From a virus (lineage: Duplodnaviria; Caudoviricetes): 64,000 nucleotides of DNA. The DNA lies in IMG/VR virus record IMGVR_UViG_3300037067_027643, positions 96,001 to 160,000 of that record; one strand, 5' to 3'. How positions within the stretch are numbered: position 1 is the stretch's first letter; each line of letters opens with the position of its first letter. The translations under genes and the position numbers were made by a program. Shown here piece after piece: positions 20,501 to 29,783 of this stretch. The notes beneath the pieces are model-generated. The model was not told the origin of the DNA and made no database searches. It saw only the letters and a list, made by a program, of their open reading frames with translations.

Positions 20501-21150
20501 TTGATTATTTTATGCCCAAATTCACGATCTGATAGTATTGTATTACCTACACTCAAATCAGTTGTATAAGTTAAGATATTAGGTAAATTTTTACCCATTG
20601 GAGTAACCCAGATGTGATTTTCACTAGCTTCTATTTCTGTTCCATCATCTAATGTTAATCGATACATTTTTTTCTTACCATTGTATTTTACATATTGACA
20701 TTTATTTGGTAAGAACTTATTTAATTCCATATCTAAAGAATATACCCAAAAATCTTTTTCATTATTATCATATAATTCTTTTATCGTTAATTTACGTCCA
20801 TCTAACAGTGGTATAACTGTTTGAGAACCAAGGCATTCGTCTGCATAAACGTCCAAAATAGAAGCAAGTATAGAATCTCTGTCCATGTCTTCATAAGCTT
20901 TATACAATTCTATCTTTGCTAACTGATAATTAAATGCTGCTGTTGAATTATAAAGACTTACTGGTAAGGTACTATATAGTCTACCATATCTTTCATAATC
21001 ATAAAATTGAAAGTTATTAGGAATATTAGATAGTTGTTTATGATTTATATCAACTACCTTTATCTTATTACCACCTAGATTTACTATTGTGGATTGTGAG
21101 GAGAATATCTTTTTTAATCTGTCAACAAATGAAGTACTAATATCTGACAT
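17515..21150 (-). CDS. portal protein (T4 gp20-like) with two inteins
   Basis: PYGRSILEPAR, LLEDAMLINRIMRAPAKRVFKIDVG, LEDFYVPTRGG, ALKVPKSF; mature length about 626 aa. Confidence 0.93.
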   Translation of the reverse strand: MSDISTSFVDRLKKIFSSQSTIVNLGGNKIKVVDINHKQLSNIPNNFQFYDYERYGRLYSTLPVSLYNSTAAFNYQLAKIELYKAYEDMDRDSILASILDVYADECLGSQTVIPLLDGRKLTIKELYDNNEKDFWVYSLDMELNKFLPNKCQYVKYNGKKKMYRLTLDDGTEIEASENHIWVTPMGKNLPNILTYTTDLSVGNTILSDREFGHKIINITDIGEQDAYDLVNVGDSHIYAIETKDGSKLFCHNCSQRNEYGDIIRIKTSNENVQEVLQNLYYDVMNIEFNLWSWVRGLVKYGDMFLKINVVDKYGVVNVQPLSTYSMVRVEDITNPKSPIKFVYDPTFGIDNSMLGRKIQNFEEYEIAHFRLISDSNFLPYGRSILEPARKAWEQLCLSGDSEVWTPTGYTEIKDLKPGDDIYCYDYKENKYIPTKVKHHALTGRKTLYEIRTSHRLIKATDYHPIMLVDGTYKQVKDLTVNDDILISDFENNSIEEKDIKYPDLILPDLLYANFNDDVFEQIYDICELDGTKHKNSMCEYLHINYNMNYTEYVEKYKINKYQQKLIVNNSRIPYKDAIEICNKYKVDINQLKLYIRESNIEAVYEKDLKDNFKMFVRFFGFMLGDGWLDKFSVCFSIGDRRDKSQKYIDFSKIICKSGKEGVKKKKSHNTFNINSLYFRNLMISLDFRTGTKNKIVPSWIYELPNEYQTEFLLGFADADGCKVGDDRWQIGGINKLLLTQLHHIAQRTGLSVSNITFNTPTKAYEGWGERKSPISTMYAFCFGFSKTHFTKIFNNKKVEKIKLITELNNEEVYDIEVDNDLHNFIVNGITTSNCLLEDAMLINRIMRAPAKRVFKIDVGGIPPQEIDSHMNNILNKIKKVPYMDPDTGNYNLKFNMQNLLEDFYVPTRGGQSGTAIEELGGITFDGIEDINYIKNRMLAALKVPKSFIGYDDELGSKGSVAALDLRFARSTERVQRFIESELYKIGMIHLYVQGFSQKDMADFKLSLTPSSKIYEKEQLELWKAKMEVAGEMLDKDLLDSDFIYENVMDMSDEQAKEMKSKLITDAKFKFRLEQIKTTGQDPKMLALKAKKDAQDGKGTNNWELDKDSKEKEEEGKRDYKFEEDKDYIDRNKEKEPSTKSPAAEPFDDIYGKKDDGKRYKRDTELRVNHHKVSPLSIESKINQVNRMVNKLDEKYFKKDKKDIIETKKKTK
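18652..19965 (-). mobile_element. intein with LAGLIDADG homing endonuclease (438 aa) in portal
   Basis: Starts CLSGDSEV, ends VYDIEV...HNFIVNGITTSN before Cys; FFGFMLGDG and FLLGFADADG motifs. Confidence 0.9.
20395..20835 (-). mobile_element. mini-intein (147 aa) in portal
   Basis: ADE/CLGSQT ... SENH ... YDL...FCHN/C. Confidence 0.9.
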
Positions 21151-21200
21151 GAAATTTTAATTTATTTTAAAATTATTTCGAACATACTATAATATATTTA

Positions 21201-21210
21201 TATAAATAGT
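21201..21210 (-). promoter_or_regulatory. putative late promoter (ACTATTTATA)
   Basis: Upstream of portal. Confidence 0.65.
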
Positions 21211-21265
21211 TAAAAAATAATTTAAAATAAATTTGGAAAGAAAATGAATTTTTTGTATCAGTTTT

Positions 21266-22954
21266 TTATAATTTAAAATCACTAAAAATTCCGTAAGCTA
21301 ATGATCCAGTTTCCCTATTATATAAAGTTACATTTATTAATCCACTCGCATAAGGTGTTACTGTTGTGGTTAAATATTCCCATGTATTCTCCGCTCCTGT
21401 AGCTGTTACTATTGAACTTGAAACTACGTCTTCACTTGAACTTATTATTAACTGAGGTTTTAAACTTCCACTATTTAGATCAAAATATGTCCAGCAACTA
21501 ATAGTTTTTACACTTCCACTATTTACTGTGATTGTTAATCTTTTTTGTCCAGCGTATGATATTTTTATAGCAGGTGTGGTTGTCTTATATGTATTCCATT
21601 CCATAGATACGTTAGAATATTCAAATGCTCCACAATCCAGTTTTCCATTTCCCATTCTTCTTGGTTGTCCTAAAATATCATAATCCTCTGTAAATACAAT
21701 AGGTGTATATGTTGAAGTAACTATTGATCCACTCCATGAACCTGTAACTGTATACGAACCTGTAACTGTAGAACAATATGCATAATCAGAAACTATTTCA
21801 TTTGGAGTTATTGATCCTGTAGCTTCTATTATCCAATTACTTGGATTTGCTGTTGTTGAATTAAATATTAAATAATCCTTATAAATTGATTGATATAATG
21901 ATTGACTATTATATGTTCCAATATTTACATAATCATTATTAGCTGTTGATGGACTAATTGTACCAGATACTGTTAAATCATGTATATCTGTACTCCAATC
22001 ATTTTCAAATATATTAAATTTAAGAACTTCTGCAAGTTTTAATATTTTTGAAATATCGTTATATCCTTCATATTTTGAGGATGTTGCTGTTCCTGTTATA
22101 AGACCGGCAGATATTATATTACATTGTGAATATGTACAATCAGTAATATTTAAATTAGTTGTAACACCATTAAATCCAGTATAACAATTTATAGATTTAC
22201 ATTTTTTTAGAATTGTAATAATATTACCAGTAAACCCATAAAAACAATTAAATGTATTACAATTATTTATATTAACTGCTAAAGATGCTATAAAGCCATT
22301 ATAGCAGTTTAATGCAGAACAATTTGTCGAAATTACATTTATAAACCCATGTCGATTTCCTATAGCTATACATTTAGTTGCTATTCCACTTGAAAATCCT
22401 CCAAGCCCAATAGAATTTTCACAGTTACAATTTTCAAACCCATATACACCACCAAGTCCAAAACATCTGACTGTTGTCATATAATAAAAACCACTATAAG
22501 TTGATGAAGAAATACAATCATAAGCAATATTTGTTAGTGCTGCTACACCGATTATTCCTCTATATGTACCCGCACTTGCTTGTCCATCAATAACTAAATT
22601 ATAAAAATTATTATATCCTTTTGAATTACAATTAATTATTGATGTGGTTGCGGTTCCAATTCCTGTTATTGAATTACATCCAGTTAATCTAACAGGTCCT
22701 GGTTTCATATCTAAAAAATATTTTGCTTCTTTATCTCCAATCCATTTTATTATATTACTAGAATTACCAGAAGTTGCAAGAACAACTAATTCATAAAATG
22801 TACTATTTGGTGAAAAATATACAGTATCTCCAGCTGCTACAGTACTAGTTGCTTTAGCCCATGTAGCCCAAGCATGACCAGCTCCAGTACCACTTAGATA
22901 TCCTAAGCCGTCATTTCCATTATCTCCATCCGGGCGTACAAAATATACTGCCAT
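21266..22954 (-). CDS. beta-helix tail spike / receptor-binding protein
   Basis: YFVRPDGDNGNDG..AWATWAKA N-cap of pectin-lyase-like fold, Cys/Gly-Phe ladder, DILGQPR...DCGAFEY. Confidence 0.65.
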   Translation of the reverse strand: MAVYFVRPDGDNGNDGLGYLSGTGAGHAWATWAKATSTVAAGDTVYFSPNSTFYELVVLATSGNSSNIIKWIGDKEAKYFLDMKPGPVRLTGCNSITGIGTATTSIINCNSKGYNNFYNLVIDGQASAGTYRGIIGVAALTNIAYDCISSSTYSGFYYMTTVRCFGLGGVYGFENCNCENSIGLGGFSSGIATKCIAIGNRHGFINVISTNCSALNCYNGFIASLAVNINNCNTFNCFYGFTGNIITILKKCKSINCYTGFNGVTTNLNITDCTYSQCNIISAGLITGTATSSKYEGYNDISKILKLAEVLKFNIFENDWSTDIHDLTVSGTISPSTANNDYVNIGTYNSQSLYQSIYKDYLIFNSTTANPSNWIIEATGSITPNEIVSDYAYCSTVTGSYTVTGSWSGSIVTSTYTPIVFTEDYDILGQPRRMGNGKLDCGAFEYSNVSMEWNTYKTTTPAIKISYAGQKRLTITVNSGSVKTISCWTYFDLNSGSLKPQLIISSSEDVVSSSIVTATGAENTWEYLTTTVTPYASGLINVTLYNRETGSLAYGIFSDFKL

Positions 22955-23003
22955 ATATTATATAATTTTTTAAATTTTAAATCTTTAAATGTTAGTTAAT
23001 ATG

Positions 23004-23285
23004 TCATAAATTCCAAACCAAATATGAATATAATGAACTTGTATAATTATTAAAACTAGAAGTTAAAATATAATTACTTTGTGATAAATATGTATTATTT
23101 ATTTTTGCATCAAATGAACTGCTATCTTGTAAATATGATTGTGTAAAATTATTAAATGAACTTGATGTTAATAAATTACTTGTATCTATAAAAGAACCAG
23201 TCAAAGAATTACTTGAACTAACATACATTAGATATTGATTATCTTGTAATCCTTCTTTATTAACAGGTATAACTACATTTTCCAT
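23004..23285 (-). CDS. small Ser-rich fibre-module protein
   Basis: SSSFN repeats, near-identical segment in 29784..32699. Confidence 0.5.
   Translation of the reverse strand: MENVVIPVNKEGLQDNQYLMYVSSSNSLTGSFIDTSNLLTSSSFNNFTQSYLQDSSSFDAKINNTYLSQSNYILTSSFNNYTSSLYSYLVWNL
23048..23135. repeat. dispersed repeat shared with 31388..31475
   Basis: Encodes YLQDSSSFD(A/T)KINNTYLSQSNY(I/L)LTSSFN in both genes. Confidence 0.75.
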
Positions 23286-23310
23286 TTAATTATAATATTT
23301 ATTAATCTTA

Positions 23311-23320
23311 TATAAATAGT
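23311..23320 (-). promoter_or_regulatory. putative late promoter (ACTATTTATA)
   Basis: Recurrent motif. Confidence 0.65.
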
Positions 23321-23342
23321 TTTAAAAAATAATTTAAAATAA

Positions 23343-25415
23343 TTAGTACAACCAACTCAAATCATCATCTCCTTTTGTACTATTACCGTTCCAATTTTTT
23401 CCACTTCCATAACCTTTATTATTAATATTCCAATTTTTCATAAGTGGTGAACCATAATGTCCTACATTTCCTCCTGTTGATACTACCGAGCCATAATAAT
23501 TATTTGAAGTATTAAACAATTCTAATGTCTTTCTATTTATTTCTACACCTTCTGACATTAATTTAACGGCTGTATCCCTTATCCACAAACCGATCCCCAA
23601 ACTTAAAACTAAATCGTCATTATACCCATGAGCAGCCTGTGCTTTATTATTTAACCAAATAAATACTTTTAATTCTTCTATAGTTCTCTTTGATTGTATA
23701 ACTACTAATTTTTCTCTTAATAGTAATTCTATCTTACTTACTAATAATGGTCTAGTTTTAGTTGATGTAGTAAATCCAGGCACTTTATCTTCATTACTTT
23801 TTAAATCATATCCTTTATTTAAATAACTTTGTACATCGGAAACTTGAGAATCTTTATAAGAATAAAATAAATTTGGATATTGTCTATCTACTGCTACTTG
23901 AATAGCTGCCCATCCAACATTTGCATTTTCTATTACTAATAATGCGTTATTATATTCAGTTGCTATATTTACTAATAAATGTCCATAATCTTTTGTTGGG
24001 ATCTGGGATCTAAATTCTGCTACTTGTACAAGGTTAACTACATCTATTACATGAAATGCTGAATAATCTGTTCCATCTCCTCTAGCAACGTCTGCTGCAA
24101 CTAAATATTGTTTATTATAATCTGGATAATCCCATATCCATAATGCTTGATCTATGCCTCTTTTTTCTATTGGTTCTTTTACATACGTTTGCTCATAAAA
24201 TTCTAATATTGAAAATTCTACTAATGTATTACCTGACGATTCGAAAGATGTATCGCAATTATGGCAGACTACATGTTCAGTAATATAAGAGTGGTCATCC
24301 TCTACTTCTAAATTATATACTTCAATTAATTTATCAACAATTAAATTTCCCTTATATAATACAGTATATTCATGATGTGTTCGTTCATTTTCTTTAACAT
24401 AAATAAAACTACAAACTTTATCACCATCATTAATTTCTTCTATTGATTTCCATTCGTTATCAAATGTATAAAATGGATGATTTGAAGTTACTTTTCTTTT
24501 TTTATGATTCTTTGATGTATTAAACTCATAATATTTATTTGATGTTTGTTCTACTTTTTTAATTACTTTTTTATAATTTCCTAAATGTGTTAATACTATA
24601 TCTCCTTCTGTGATTTCTTTTATTGGTGTTAATCCTTCTATTGTATGTATTAATGTATCTCCAGAAAAACATTCTTGAGCCGCTAGTTTTGGACCTAATA
24701 ATTCGTCTTGTTCTTGTCTCCAGGCTAAATCTCTTTCAGGATGTACATCCCATTTTAATTTTATTGGATTAAACTTTGTTTCATGTGCTTCTGCTTTTAC
24801 CCATTGTCTGTGAAATATATTACCAATACCATTTGGCGTCGAGAGCATTATACAATCTCCACCAGTACCAAGAGTTTGCTGTGCAGATGCCCAGATTTCA
24901 TTAATATTATCAATGAAAGCGCACTCGTCAAGTATTAAAAGAGCACAAGAATCAGATCTTCCAGCTGTCGGGCTGCTTGTTTCTGCTTGTACTTGTGAAC
25001 CGTTTTTCCATTTTATTGATAATTTATTATCTTCTGTAGTATGTGCATTTTTTTTAATCCAAACAGGTAAATCACCATACATTATTCTAACTTTAGTTAC
25101 AAGAGCCTTTGCAACTTTTTCTTTTGTAGCAATTACTAATACATTTTTATCATCATGAAAAATACATAACCAAAGTGCATAAGCAGCAACTAATGTAGAT
25201 ATTCCAAGTTGTCTAGATTTAAGAATAATATTGTATCTATGATTCATTAAATCAATTAATGTACGTTCTTGAAATGGATATAATTCAAAAAATATTCTAC
25301 CTCTTGTTTGATGCTGAATTCTACAATACTTTTTAATAAAATAAACTATATCAACTGCACATTTAGCATATTCCTGTTTTATTATTTCTCTTAGATTTTG
25401 TTCATCTGTTGGCAT
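23343..25415 (-). CDS. terminase large subunit (T4 gp17-like) with one intein; probable start MPTDEQ at 25415
   Basis: KSRQLGIST Walker A, LLILDE Walker B, STPNG, ADVARGDGTDYS, NDDLV. Confidence 0.95.
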   Translation of the reverse strand: MPTDEQNLREIIKQEYAKCAVDIVYFIKKYCRIQHQTRGRIFFELYPFQERTLIDLMNHRYNIILKSRQLGISTLVAAYALWLCIFHDDKNVLVIATKEKVAKALVTKVRIMYGDLPVWIKKNAHTTEDNKLSIKWKNGSQVQAETSSPTAGRSDSCALLILDECAFIDNINEIWASAQQTLGTGGDCIMLSTPNGIGNIFHRQWVKAEAHETKFNPIKLKWDVHPERDLAWRQEQDELLGPKLAAQECFSGDTLIHTIEGLTPIKEITEGDIVLTHLGNYKKVIKKVEQTSNKYYEFNTSKNHKKRKVTSNHPFYTFDNEWKSIEEINDGDKVCSFIYVKENERTHHEYTVLYKGNLIVDKLIEVYNLEVEDDHSYITEHVVCHNCDTSFESSGNTLVEFSILEFYEQTYVKEPIEKRGIDQALWIWDYPDYNKQYLVAADVARGDGTDYSAFHVIDVVNLVQVAEFRSQIPTKDYGHLLVNIATEYNNALLVIENANVGWAAIQVAVDRQYPNLFYSYKDSQVSDVQSYLNKGYDLKSNEDKVPGFTTSTKTRPLLVSKIELLLREKLVVIQSKRTIEELKVFIWLNNKAQAAHGYNDDLVLSLGIGLWIRDTAVKLMSEGVEINRKTLELFNTSNNYYGSVVSTGGNVGHYGSPLMKNWNINNKGYGSGKNWNGNSTKGDDDLSWLY
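24258..24671 (-). mobile_element. mini-intein (138 aa) in terminase
   Basis: QE/CFSGDT ... TSNHPF ... VYNLEVEDDHSY..VVCHN/C. Confidence 0.9.
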
Positions 25416-25441
25416 TGTTTTAATTTTAAATTGTTTTAATT

Positions 25442-27829
25442 TTAATATATATAAGCACCAATGTCCCAAGCAGCACTTTGTTGTTTTGTTACAATACTCG
25501 GTAATTGTGTATCTGTTCCCCAAACTGTAGATGAATCTAAACCATCATCATAAGCCGAATCTAATGTTAATCCTGTCCCTATTGCTGTACTTCCTACTTT
25601 TAACGAATAATCACCATTTACATAATCTGTAAATAAATTATTTGCTTGCGTGTCATCTAATAAAATAGAATGAGTATCAAAACCAAGTGCCTGCCACTGT
25701 GTCCATGTTAACGCTGTTCCATCAATCTGTGCGAATTCTGTATCAGTATTCGTCTTGTAATAAATATTATAGTCTATTTCAGCATCTACAAGGTCGTTTG
25801 TAGTTGCCTGTATAAAAATTGTATTTATAGCAGTTCTATAATCACATATTATATTATTCTTAAATTTACATCCTGTAGAATAGCTGCCAGAATATATTGG
25901 ATCTTCCATTAATACCAATCCTATTGTGCTATATGTTGTTTCTGTCCATATTGCAGTATTGTTATACCATTCGACATCTGGAGCACCTTTTGCTAAAAAT
26001 GGATTACTTGTATTAACAACAATTTCGTGATGAATAACACTTGGATATGATACTCCAGCAGATTTTATTACATGGCCTAAAAATGTACCATCTATATAAT
26101 GATATTTTAATTCAACATTTTGCGAATAAATGAAAACACCATGTTGCATAGCCGGATCATTCCCATAATGAAATGGACCTAATAATTTATTATTTGAAAC
26201 AGTACTTCCATTTAATTTACCAAATGAAATATCACTTGGATTTTCCGTTCCTAATTGAATAAATGCATTATCCGAAATTTTGTTACTTATTAAATTATTA
26301 CTTATTGAACAAGTATATGATTCATTAATAGTAACAGTATAATATATTTTTCCAGAAACAGTAGAGTTTAATAAATTATTATTTATATTACCATTACAAT
26401 TTGCGACGGTAATAGCTGTTCCTCTGTTATTAAAATTATTATCACATATAGAAACACTATCAGTTGATGATGCTCCTATGATATTATATGTGTTATCAGT
26501 CAAGCTACCAGTTACTGAATTATTATCAAATGTAGTAACCCCTGAACCAGACAAATTAAGAATTGTTCCACTACTTCCAATTGTAGTAATTGTACTATCA
26601 CTTATATTAATTGTTTTAACTCCGGTATTATTTACACAAGATAAAACTGGTTTAGTATTAACTTTTATTTTACAATGTAATAATGACAATGAAAATATAT
26701 AATCTTTTACTGCGTCAACGTAGGTATTAGCATAATAATCACAATCATTCATTATAATAGTCGAAGACGTTGCAAGATTATAAATAAAACCTGTTGAAAT
26801 ATTTTCTGTAAATTTACAATGGTTTAATGTGAGAATAACTCCATATAAAGTAAAAATATAAGAAGTTGGTTTAGTAAATAAACAATTATTATAAACTATA
26901 TTCCCTCTAATTTCTTGTATTCCCTTTAAATAACTATTGTTTAAGGTTATCAAATTAACACCCGCTGAATTTCTGATATCATTAGTGGATCCCATTATTC
27001 GTTGATTACTAAAAGAAACATTACAACCGGCGTTGTTAAATAGAATTTTATTAGCTAAAGTTGCTTCACATGAAAAGTTTTTTATATTAGTGGTAGAAAC
27101 TGTAGATGAATAAGTATATGTTCCACTTGTTGTGCTTATTAGTTTATTTCGTCCAATACCAATTATTGTTTCGGTTTTTCCAACAAATGTTAATATTTCA
27201 TTATAATCTCCAGTTTTAACATAACAAGTCTTATTGTTGCCTACAGAAATAAATTTCGTAATTGTAAGATATGATTTTGCTTTTGTACCATCATTAGGAG
27301 CACTATCACTTCCTAATTTGCTCACCCATAGTGCGTTTATATCTTCTGTTGGAACTTCATAGTAAGAATTACAAGTCGTTAATTGTGTTCCGGTTTTTAC
27401 ATTGTTATATAAAACTACTTCCATTACTCTAGGTTCATAAATTTCAACCCCATTATTATCTAATACTTGATTTGTATGTTTACAAAAAAACTTATGTTCG
27501 TAATCGATATCTTGATAAAGAGAAACCACTGGTATCTGATTTGGTGTAGCGCTTCCAGAAGCATATAAATAATAATTTAAATCGGAAGCTATTAATTCAG
27601 TATCTTCTGCTGGAGCTGATATAGTAGCTGAACTTTTATATGGAAAACCTCTTTTCCAATTTGTAGGAAAATCATACCCTGTAATTAAAAAATGTCTAGC
27701 ATTTCCTGTTTTATCTTTAAAATATTTATTTCCTGAAATGGTAATTATTTCTCCATTAAGATGAACATTAGCATCCTTTTGATAAGGTATTATTCTTGTA
27801 ATGCTTTTCCACCAATTTAATATTGCCAT
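25442..27829 (-). CDS. beta-helix tail spike / depolymerase-like protein
   Basis: LWVSKLGSDS..DGTKAK N-cap, Asn-ladder repeats, DYNIY, DYSLK..S.AIG, WDIGAY. Confidence 0.65.
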   Translation of the reverse strand: MAILNWWKSITRIIPYQKDANVHLNGEIITISGNKYFKDKTGNARHFLITGYDFPTNWKRGFPYKSSATISAPAEDTELIASDLNYYLYASGSATPNQIPVVSLYQDIDYEHKFFCKHTNQVLDNNGVEIYEPRVMEVVLYNNVKTGTQLTTCNSYYEVPTEDINALWVSKLGSDSAPNDGTKAKSYLTITKFISVGNNKTCYVKTGDYNEILTFVGKTETIIGIGRNKLISTTSGTYTYSSTVSTTNIKNFSCEATLANKILFNNAGCNVSFSNQRIMGSTNDIRNSAGVNLITLNNSYLKGIQEIRGNIVYNNCLFTKPTSYIFTLYGVILTLNHCKFTENISTGFIYNLATSSTIIMNDCDYYANTYVDAVKDYIFSLSLLHCKIKVNTKPVLSCVNNTGVKTINISDSTITTIGSSGTILNLSGSGVTTFDNNSVTGSLTDNTYNIIGASSTDSVSICDNNFNNRGTAITVANCNGNINNNLLNSTVSGKIYYTVTINESYTCSISNNLISNKISDNAFIQLGTENPSDISFGKLNGSTVSNNKLLGPFHYGNDPAMQHGVFIYSQNVELKYHYIDGTFLGHVIKSAGVSYPSVIHHEIVVNTSNPFLAKGAPDVEWYNNTAIWTETTYSTIGLVLMEDPIYSGSYSTGCKFKNNIICDYRTAINTIFIQATTNDLVDAEIDYNIYYKTNTDTEFAQIDGTALTWTQWQALGFDTHSILLDDTQANNLFTDYVNGDYSLKVGSTAIGTGLTLDSAYDDGLDSSTVWGTDTQLPSIVTKQQSAAWDIGAYIY

Positions 27830-27833
27830 ATAT

Positions 27834-28217
27834 TTATTTTAAATTAATTGAAGCCCAATATTCAGTATTATCATATATTAATGTAATCAAATTTACTTGA
27901 TTTAAAGTATTATCAAAAACATCATTACAATTAATTCCTGAAAAAACAATACTTCCAGTTCCATTACCTACTGCTCTCCAAATTGAACCATAACCAGCAA
28001 TTGATCCTGTCGTATTAGGTGTTATTGTCAAACTACTAGAAATAATTTCAGTGTTATATACTGTCACTGGTGTTGTAAATGATACTGAATAACTTGGATA
28101 TAAGCTTCCGGTTTGCATATATGTAAATGTAGTCCCAGTTCCTCCATTAGATCCGGAATTAACCATATCCATTTGTCCTGTAATTGGATTTAATTTATAT
28201 TGTATTGTATCTGTCAT
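27834..28217 (-). CDS. tail fibre-associated protein
   Basis: YKLNPITGQMDMV N-term shared with 29784..32699. Confidence 0.5.
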   Translation of the reverse strand: MTDTIQYKLNPITGQMDMVNSGSNGGTGTTFTYMQTGSLYPSYSVSFTTPVTVYNTEIISSSLTITPNTTGSIAGYGSIWRAVGNGTGSIVFSGINCNDVFDNTLNQVNLITLIYDNTEYWASINLK

Positions 28218-28238
28218 ATATTATATTTTAAATTTAAA

Positions 28239-29765
28239 TTATTTACTATCTATCAACCATGATACATCTTGTACTATTACGGTATCTCCATTTGTTCCAT
28301 TTGTTGTTACCCACAATTCAAAATAATCATTTGCTGTAACTTCTTCTAAATATACAGTTGTTGATATTGGATAAGTAGAAGCATTTGACGCACACGAAAC
28401 TGTCATCTGACCAAATATACCATATAATACATTACCATTCTTTACAATAGCTATATCCGTATTCCTTCCATTTCTAGAATTAATGACATTACAACTTACC
28501 CACATCATCATATCTCTTGTATTTGTAGGTTGATAAAGAACTTTATTAGCTGTTATTGTAAATTTTGTCTGATATGAACTTGACTTTACGTATGATCTTG
28601 TCGTTGTTGTCAATCCAGAAGTATTGCAACTCTGTGCTACCCATCCTTCATCAGTTGTATCAAAACTAATAATCCATTCTTTTGATGCTACGACTTGAGT
28701 AACTGTCACTGTTGTTACATTACTTAACGCTTCTAAAGCTGCTTTAAAATTTGCCGCTGATACATTATATGCAATAGCTGCTGTTGTCTGATCACCTACT
28801 GTATATGTAAATGTTCCAGCTGTTGCTGCTAAATCAAAGGATAATATTGTTTTTGATAAAAATCCAGCAGCTTTATAAAATGTATTTGCTGTTGTTATTG
28901 TAGTGGTAGTTGTATTATTTAAAATTCCAACTTTAGCATGTGGGTTTTTATTTTCATACCCTGGATTATTAACAAGTACTATTCCTGCATCTCTATTTAA
29001 TGGTGATACTCCTCCCGAAAAATTAAAACCAGAAAAAAATGTTCCAACATTATTAAATGTACAATCAGAAATAGTAGTTATTCCAGTATAAACATAATTA
29101 CCAGTTCCTCCGGTATATTTTACTGCTATTTGATTTGAAGAATTTATAAAAAAACATGTATTAATATAAAATCCGCCGGTATTTGCTTTTAATAAATCAA
29201 TTCCTATTCCACAATTTTCGAATGTCACAACCTCACAATCTAAATATTGATTAGTTTCTGTTGTATTTATTCTTATTGCCGCTGTTGTTATATTTAAATA
29301 TAAGGCATTAAATGTAAATATATCTGTTCCTTTAGTATCGTATAATCCAATATTAAATGTATCAATTATTATATCAGTTACTTCTGTTCCTATATTTACA
29401 GTTCCATCAAAATTAATTGCGTTTTCTGTAGATAATGTACCATAGCTTGTTAATGTATTTCCAGCTAATGTTACTTTATTAATATCACAATTTGTTTTAA
29501 ATGAAAACATAGGTTTATTAGTTAAACCTGTTGATGCTTCTATTATTGTAATAAGACTACCTAATCCTCTAATTTGTAAATCGTAACTGGAATTATTAAC
29601 TGTAATTGTATCTGTTATTAAATGATGTCCAGCGTCTACTAATATTTCCATATTACTTGTAGCACTAGAATTAAAATAATCAACTGCTTCTTTTAGAGTA
29701 TCATATTGTCCAGTAGATCCTACATATATTCTTTGATTTAATTTATATGGTTTTATATATGTCAT
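28239..29765 (-). CDS. beta-helix tail fibre/spike protein
   Basis: IYVGSTGQYDTLKEAV N-cap, beta-rich repeats, C-terminal jelly-roll-like region. Confidence 0.6.
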   Translation of the reverse strand: MTYIKPYKLNQRIYVGSTGQYDTLKEAVDYFNSSATSNMEILVDAGHHLITDTITVNNSSYDLQIRGLGSLITIIEASTGLTNKPMFSFKTNCDINKVTLAGNTLTSYGTLSTENAINFDGTVNIGTEVTDIIIDTFNIGLYDTKGTDIFTFNALYLNITTAAIRINTTETNQYLDCEVVTFENCGIGIDLLKANTGGFYINTCFFINSSNQIAVKYTGGTGNYVYTGITTISDCTFNNVGTFFSGFNFSGGVSPLNRDAGIVLVNNPGYENKNPHAKVGILNNTTTTTITTANTFYKAAGFLSKTILSFDLAATAGTFTYTVGDQTTAAIAYNVSAANFKAALEALSNVTTVTVTQVVASKEWIISFDTTDEGWVAQSCNTSGLTTTTRSYVKSSSYQTKFTITANKVLYQPTNTRDMMMWVSCNVINSRNGRNTDIAIVKNGNVLYGIFGQMTVSCASNASTYPISTTVYLEEVTANDYFELWVTTNGTNGDTVIVQDVSWLIDSK

Positions 29766-29783
29766 TTTATATATTCCTGTTTA

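Noticed and set aside
7268-21257. Plus-strand TTTGGAAAG...TTTTTTGTAT motifs at about 7268 and 21232 as antisense promoters
   Set aside because: They lack a convincing TAnnTTTG element and may just be the upstream tract of the divergent late promoters
25416-25523. N-terminal 36 aa of the terminase ORF as called
   Set aside because: Overlaps the upstream spike gene and looks non-coding; MPTDEQ at 25415 is the more plausible start
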